Source of the DNA: a bacterium
GTDB taxonomy: Bacteria > UBA8248
NCBI GenBank assembly: GCA_965219955.1
Contig: OZ244799.1
Span: forward strand, 3,904,001-3,968,000
Direction: 5' to 3'
Length of the DNA: 64,000 nucleotides
The translations under genes were made by a program, and so were the position numbers. Position 1 is the first letter of the stretch. Every line of letters begins with the position of its first letter. The notes under the pieces were generated by a model. It was given only the letters and a program-made list of their open reading frames with translations. It did no database searches and was not told the DNA's origin. This document shows, in pieces, positions 58,467 to 64,000 of this stretch.

Positions 58467-59311
58467 CACGTCCTCATTCTCGGGTCGATCAGATCGCGGA
58501 GGCCGTCGCCCAGGAGGTTGAAGCACAGCACGGCGAGCATCAGGGCGGCTCCGGGAAAGATGGCCAGCCACCACTCGCCCGAGACGATGAACTTGGCTCC
58601 CTCGGCCACCATGATCCCCCATTCGGGAGTCGGGGGCCGGACGCCCAGGCCGATGAAGGAGAGTCCCGCCGCGTTCAATATGGCGTAACCCATGTTCAGC
58701 GATATCTGAACCATCATCGGCGGCATGATGTTGGGTCCCAGATGAAAAAGAAGAATCCGCCCGTGTCCATTTCCCGAAAGGCGCGCCGCCTCCACGAACC
58801 CTGCTTCGCGGCGTGAATTCGCCTCGGCCCGCGCCACGCGGGCGTAGAAGGGAAAGTTGATGACGGCCGTGGTGTAGACGATGTTCTCTATCGTATTGCC
58901 CAGGGCCGATACGATGCCCATCGCCAGCACGAAAAGGGGAAACGCCATGATGGTGTCGGTGAGACGACCGATGAGCTTGTCCGTCGCGCCCCCAAAGTAG
59001 CCTGCGCAAACGCCGGCGACGCTCCCCGCGACGAAGGAGAGCGAAACGGCCGCCACGGATATCGCGAGGTCGAGCCGCGTGGCCGTGATCACGCGGCTGA
59101 AAACGTCTCGCCCCAGATTGTCGGTGCCGAACGGGTGCGCCCAAGAAGGCGGCCTGAGAGCGTTGGCCGTGTCGCTGGCGAGGGGGTCGTAGGGCGCGAG
59201 CCAGGGGCCGAACAAACCGAGAGCCATCAACAAGAAGAAAAGAACGAATGAAAAACACGTGACGGGATTCTCCCCCATCACATAGCGCAGGTGCCGGAGA
59301 TGGGCGCTCAC
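58466..59311 (-). CDS. Peptide ABC permease (DppC/OppC-like)
   Basis: HPFGTDNLGRD, FVEAARLSG, PEWG, NLLGDGLRD; GTG start inferred. Confidence 0.93.
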   Translation of the reverse strand: MSAHLRHLRYVMGENPVTCFSFVLFFLLMALGLFGPWLAPYDPLASDTANALRPPSWAHPFGTDNLGRDVFSRVITATRLDLAISVAAVSLSFVAGSVAGVCAGYFGGATDKLIGRLTDTIMAFPLFVLAMGIVSALGNTIENIVYTTAVINFPFYARVARAEANSRREAGFVEAARLSGNGHGRILLFHLGPNIMPPMMVQISLNMGYAILNAAGLSFIGLGVRPPTPEWGIMVAEGAKFIVSGEWWLAIFPGAALMLAVLCFNLLGDGLRDLIDPRMRT

Positions 59312-59313
59312 GT

Positions 59314-60342
59314 TCAGCCTTCCAGCCCGATACGCGGGTCGACCACCGTATAGAGGATGTCGATCGCCAGGTTCAGGAGCACGTACATCAACGCCATGGC
59401 CAGCACGAAGCCCTGCACCGCGGCGTAGTCCGAGGCGATGAGGGCCTCGATGGCGAACGAGCCGATGCCCGGCCAGGCGAAGACCTTCTCCACCAGAACG
59501 TTCGCCCCCAGCAGGAAAGAGAACACCATGCCGAGCGTGGTGAGAACGGGGAGAATGGCGTTTTGAAAAGCATAGACCCACAGCACCGTCTTGCGCGATA
59601 AGCCGCTCGCCCGCGCCGTGCGAACGAAGTCGCTCGAGAGAACCCCCAGCATCGCGGCTCTCGTCATCCGCGCGAGCGGGGCCAGGGCGAAAATGCCCAA
59701 TGTCGAGGCGGGGAGAACCATCTGGGAAAATGATGCGCGAAAGACCTCCAAATCACCCGCGACGAGACTGTCGATCAGGTAGAAACCCGTGACGTGATCA
59801 GGAGCGATGTGGATGATGCTCAAGCGTCCGAGGGGAGCGGGCGAGAGCCCCAGCAGAAAATAGAAGATATAGACGAGGAACAACCCGGTGAAGAAGGTAG
59901 GCAGTGAAACTCCGATGGTCACGACGAGACGGCAGAGGTGATCGACGAGTGAGTTGGGCCGCGTGGCCGCCAGTATGCCCAGAGGGATGGCGATGGCGAC
60001 GGCGAGAAACAGGCCCATGAGCGTGAGCTCGAGCGAAGCCGGAAGGCGGGTGGCGAGTTCTTCCATGACGGGCTGGCCCGTACTGATGGATTTGCCCAAG
60101 TCTCCGCGTGAGAGATTCTGAAGGTAGACCCAGAACTGCTCGGGCCAGCTCTTGTCGAGTCCCAGCGAGGCGCGTATCTCGGCGATGGATTTCTCATCCG
60201 CCGCAGGCCCGGCGAAGAATACCGCCGGGTCGCCCGGCAGGGCCCGCGTCAGAATGAACGTCACCACGATAATGCCCATCACGACCGGCGCCGCCTGCAG
60301 GAGGCGCCGGCCGATCAGGAACAGGGAATCGCCTTTCATCAC
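59314..60342 (-). CDS. Peptide ABC permease (DppB/OppB-like)
   Basis: LPGDP, GDLGKS, FVRTARASGL, EKVFAWPGIG, DPRI. Confidence 0.94.
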   Translation of the reverse strand: MMKGDSLFLIGRRLLQAAPVVMGIIVVTFILTRALPGDPAVFFAGPAADEKSIAEIRASLGLDKSWPEQFWVYLQNLSRGDLGKSISTGQPVMEELATRLPASLELTLMGLFLAVAIAIPLGILAATRPNSLVDHLCRLVVTIGVSLPTFFTGLFLVYIFYFLLGLSPAPLGRLSIIHIAPDHVTGFYLIDSLVAGDLEVFRASFSQMVLPASTLGIFALAPLARMTRAAMLGVLSSDFVRTARASGLSRKTVLWVYAFQNAILPVLTTLGMVFSFLLGANVLVEKVFAWPGIGSFAIEALIASDYAAVQGFVLAMALMYVLLNLAIDILYTVVDPRIGLEG

Positions 60343-60388
60343 ATCGTCCCCCCCTTCAAAGGACGCGCTGCATTGCTGCGAACCGGCT

Positions 60389-62056
60389 TCAGGCCTGTTT
60401 CGGTAATTTTTTGAACGGCCTCACGTCGAGTTGACGGTGGAACCAGTATTCGTAACCCTCGATATGCTTTTGCATGGCGACATCGAGATAGGGCTGCCAT
60501 AGCGGGATGAGGGGAACGTCCTCAAAAGCGATTTTGATGAACGCCTTGACGCGCTCCGCGTAGCCGGGGCTGCCTACCGGCATGTGCAGGGTCTCGTCCA
60601 CGAGTTTGTTCAGCTTCGGGTTGTCGTAGTTCATCGAATTGAACAGGCGCTTGGGCTGGTAGGCCCAGAAGAAATAATACTCGGGATAATTCAGCCAGCC
60701 CCCGAAATTCTTGAGGTGCATCGGGAGCTTCTTCTCCACGAGCGCCTTCGTCCGCCAGCCCGAGCCGGGGATCTTGTCGAGCTTCGCTTCAATCCCCACC
60801 TTGCCGAGCCCCTCCTGGATGAGGAGCGCCGTCGGCTCCGTCCAGTAGGCGAGCCCGAGGTTGAACGACAGCGTGACCTTGAAGCCCTCCGCGTAGCCGG
60901 CCTCCTTGAGCAGAGCCTTCGCCTTGTCCTGGTTGGTGTCGTAGGGGAAGGGCTGGGGCCACAGCGTGCCGGCGGGATCGGCGGATTTCGCTCCCCAAAG
61001 CGGCAGGCCGCGCTCATAGGCCGCCGCCTTGAATATCTTCTCATAGGGCATGGCGTAGGCCATCGCCTGGCGGACCCGCACGTCGGCGAAGGGCTTGAAG
61101 TTCAGGTTGAGACCTACGGCGTGGATGCAGTTCTCGATGGGGACTCCCGCGATCTTGAGCTTCTTGTTGCTCGTGAGTTCCTTGGTGTCCTTCGGCGGGA
61201 GATCGAGAGAGACATCGGCGTCTCCCCGAAGCAGGAGAGCGCGGCGCGTGGAGGCGGACGCCACCTCGCGGACGATCACCCGCTTCACGCCGGGCAGGGG
61301 ACCCGACTTCCACTCATCGTTTCGAATGTAGACTGTCTGCTGGCCGGGCTTCCAACGCCCCAGTTTGAAGGCCCCGCCACCTTGCGGGTTTTTGTGCAGA
61401 TACCCGGTCGCCCACGGGTCGTTCTTCGTGGCTTTGGCCTTGGCGGCTACCGAATTGATGATGAGGGGCACGGGAACGCCCAGATCGGGCAGCGTGAGCT
61501 TGCTCTTGCGGATAAAGTTGATCTTGAAGGTTTGCTTATCCACGGCGACGAACTGCTCTGGTTTGACGAGCGAGCCCGCCTTCATCTGCACGGCCGGAAA
61601 ACCACCGAGCGAGACCGCGCGGTCGAAAGACCATTTCACGTCATGGGCGGTGACGGGTTTTCCGTCGTGGAACCTGGCGTCTTTGCGAATCTTGAAGGTG
61701 ACGGACATGCCGTCGGGCGCAAAGTTCCAGGACTCGGCCAGTTCCGGTTCGATCTTCTGATAGTCGTACATGACGTTGCCGTCGGGCAGCTTCTTGCGCC
61801 CGTAAGTCACGAGGCGGTCGTAGATGTTCACGGCGACCTGGTAGCTCGGCCGGTTGGTGCCCTTCCTGTGGATGTCCATGCTGTTGGGGCCGTTTCCGAT
61901 CACGACCACGAGCGTGTCGCGGCCGGCGGCAGCCTCGGCGGGCAGGTATTTCAGGAGCGGCAACAGCCCCGCCCCGGCGGCGGCGCCTGCGCCGATTTTC
62001 AGAAAATCACGGCGTTTGAACTGCTTGTTATCCGGTACGTCCCTGTTCATGCTCAT
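60389..62056 (-). CDS. Family 5 substrate-binding protein with Tat signal
   Basis: KRRDFLK Tat motif, PELAESW, FHDGKPVTAHDVKWS, VRVRQAM. Confidence 0.93.
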   Translation of the reverse strand: MSMNRDVPDNKQFKRRDFLKIGAGAAAGAGLLPLLKYLPAEAAAGRDTLVVVIGNGPNSMDIHRKGTNRPSYQVAVNIYDRLVTYGRKKLPDGNVMYDYQKIEPELAESWNFAPDGMSVTFKIRKDARFHDGKPVTAHDVKWSFDRAVSLGGFPAVQMKAGSLVKPEQFVAVDKQTFKINFIRKSKLTLPDLGVPVPLIINSVAAKAKATKNDPWATGYLHKNPQGGGAFKLGRWKPGQQTVYIRNDEWKSGPLPGVKRVIVREVASASTRRALLLRGDADVSLDLPPKDTKELTSNKKLKIAGVPIENCIHAVGLNLNFKPFADVRVRQAMAYAMPYEKIFKAAAYERGLPLWGAKSADPAGTLWPQPFPYDTNQDKAKALLKEAGYAEGFKVTLSFNLGLAYWTEPTALLIQEGLGKVGIEAKLDKIPGSGWRTKALVEKKLPMHLKNFGGWLNYPEYYFFWAYQPKRLFNSMNYDNPKLNKLVDETLHMPVGSPGYAERVKAFIKIAFEDVPLIPLWQPYLDVAMQKHIEGYEYWFHRQLDVRPFKKLPKQA

Positions 62057-62602
62057 CTCCTTCGTTGTGCCCGGCGCTGCGGGCTCTGGGGAAAATAGTG
62101 ACCCATGCGGATGAAGATTCGAGCCGAATGAACGCTGCCGCCCCTTTGCTGCATTCAGCAGGATATGAACAACATGTGTCTTGCGAGTTTCGCGATCGTT
62201 AAATAGGGATTTCGGGATTGTTTCCCGGATGTTTCCGGGAGTTCATCGGATTGGAGAAATGCCGAAAGATAAAAAAGCCCGCCAAATGTGGAAATGAGCG
62301 TTCCGACCCGCGCCACGGAAGAGAGTCTGATCCGCGAAGAAGTCAGTACGATAATCCGGCAAGAACCCGCCGGGATTTGCGGGACCTTGAATTGGTACGC
62401 TTGCGTTTTATTTACATATTGCAGAAAGAGAATTTCAATAAACTACAAGAGTTTCATGACCTGCGGAAATAGCCTGGCGCATCTATATGGGCGGTTGGCG
62501 CTCTCACGATATTATTCGTTAAAGCTTCAGCGGAAATAAAACTTGAGCCCGATTGATGCACCCAAGGCCAAATCCCTTACCAAGTATATTTGGACCGGCC
62601 GT

Positions 62603-63844
62603 TTACGCTTTGCCTTCTAATTCGATGCGCCTGAAGTAGAAACTATCCTCGGCCGTCACGACCAGCCCCTCGGTGGAGGCATTGCGGATCGCCGTAACCT
62701 CGATCTGGTACTTCAAGCCGTATTGCGAGATTTTCCCCAAACCAGCTTCGACCGAGTTCCTGGCGGGGAACGGAAAGGCGAAGAAGTTCCTGTAAAGGGC
62801 GTTGTAGGCGTCATAGTCGCGGAAATCGGTCAGCGTCACCTGCGATTGCGCGACGTCCAACACCTCCATGTCGAACTCCTTCAAAAGATGTTCCACATTG
62901 GCAAGGACGTTTCGCGTCTGCTTCTGGATGTCACCGGGATCGCGCACGCCGCCTTCGTCATCCACGCTGAGGATACCGTTTGAGATCATCATCTCACCGG
63001 CCAAGACGCCTCGGGCGTTTCCGGGCCCCGTCCGGTACTCCTTCTCACCAAGGTATGCGGTCGCCTCTATCTTCACGTCGGCTTCGAGAATCGGCAATGA
63101 CGCCGTCACGATCGTCGTGACCGGTCCTGGTTCCGCAAATGCATCGGCGATTGCCGCTTCAACCGCCTCCACGTCTCTCATGTCACGGACGAACCCCCGC
63201 AGGCGGATGACGTCTCCGAGGGATCCGCCGTTTTCGGTCAATATGTCTCCAATACCCCCGACAATTGCCTCGGTCTGGGCCTTGGCATCGCCCGGCGAGA
63301 CGACCTCGCCCCTGGCGTCCAGCGGCAGCCGCGCACTCAGGCACAACAGGTCGCCCATCCTCCTGCCGGCGCAAGACGGCGCATACTCATGCGCCTGCTT
63401 CCCAGCGGGCTGGAGTGGTGTGGTTTCTACGGCGCCGGCAAACCCTTCGATTTCCATGATCATCGACGGCATATAGAGGCCGTAGCCGGTGAGCGTGTCA
63501 GCCGGTTCAGCCGGGATGCGATACTTCTCGTACGCTTTGATGAATGGCCCGATCTCTTTCCAGCCTTCCAGGAACAGATTCAGGCGAAGAACATCACTCC
63601 ACTTGCCACCGGCGATCTCGACGGCGAGTTTCAGGGACTCGATGGCCTCGCGCGTCTGGGCTTCCATATCGGCACGACCGGGCGTTTCTCCGGCCATTCG
63701 GCCATTCGGGATGCCATCGACCATCAACGCTTCGGTCGTGATGCCCGGCATCCCGCCAAGAAAGATGTAATCCCCCGCCCGGAACGCGTAACAGTACGGT
63801 CCTGATGGCGGTGGCAGTCTCGGGTCTTGTATTGTTCTGGGCAT
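62603..63844 (-). CDS. Triple-domain RidA/YjgF family protein
   Basis: Three repeats: QTREA...EIEG, QTEAI...KIEAT, QTRNV...FPARN...QIEVTA. Confidence 0.85.
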   Translation of the reverse strand: MPRTIQDPRLPPPSGPYCYAFRAGDYIFLGGMPGITTEALMVDGIPNGRMAGETPGRADMEAQTREAIESLKLAVEIAGGKWSDVLRLNLFLEGWKEIGPFIKAYEKYRIPAEPADTLTGYGLYMPSMIMEIEGFAGAVETTPLQPAGKQAHEYAPSCAGRRMGDLLCLSARLPLDARGEVVSPGDAKAQTEAIVGGIGDILTENGGSLGDVIRLRGFVRDMRDVEAVEAAIADAFAEPGPVTTIVTASLPILEADVKIEATAYLGEKEYRTGPGNARGVLAGEMMISNGILSVDDEGGVRDPGDIQKQTRNVLANVEHLLKEFDMEVLDVAQSQVTLTDFRDYDAYNALYRNFFAFPFPARNSVEAGLGKISQYGLKYQIEVTAIRNASTEGLVVTAEDSFYFRRIELEGKA

Positions 63845-64000
63845 ATTAGAATTCTCCTATCTTGAAACTCGTGATGACCGGTTGTCACGCGGTTGCAAAA
63901 ACTTAACCCCCCAGATAGTGGCTTATCAGGTCACCGTCCCCGATAAGACTGGCGGTGGGCCCGGCCATGGAGATCTTACCGTCGCGCAATATGTACCCGA

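Overview
GC-rich bacterial chromosomal window, mostly catabolic, transport and housekeeping genes. It carries the end of a urease accessory operon (ureE'-ureF-ureG-ureD), an amidase, a Baeyer-Villiger monooxygenase, ABC and TAXI-TRAP transporters, ThDP enzymes, three atypical acyl-CoA dehydrogenases, a LigAB-like dioxygenase, tRNA-Ser(GGA), SRP RNA-dnaX-ybaB-recR and a peptide ABC operon. Most long intergenic gaps are filled with several families of REP/MITE-like palindromic repeats. Signals the ORF track misses: (1) two adjacent genes (55382-56414), each broken by an in-frame UGA exactly at the family's catalytic Cys and followed by a SECIS-like hairpin, i.e. a probable tandem selenoprotein operon (OsmC-like plus DUF442-like sulfurtransferase); (2) a small stand-alone transcription unit (about 46630-46836, minus strand) with a 16-nt perfect complement of the 16S rRNA 3' end driving a 12-codon ORF; (3) a nested repeat element whose ~185-bp core sits in opposite orientations between the same flanks; (4) two candidate defence/toxin cassettes (AAA ATPase plus PIN; HipA-like kinase plus HIRAN). 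All calls come from reading the sequence and recalled family motifs; no database searches were run.
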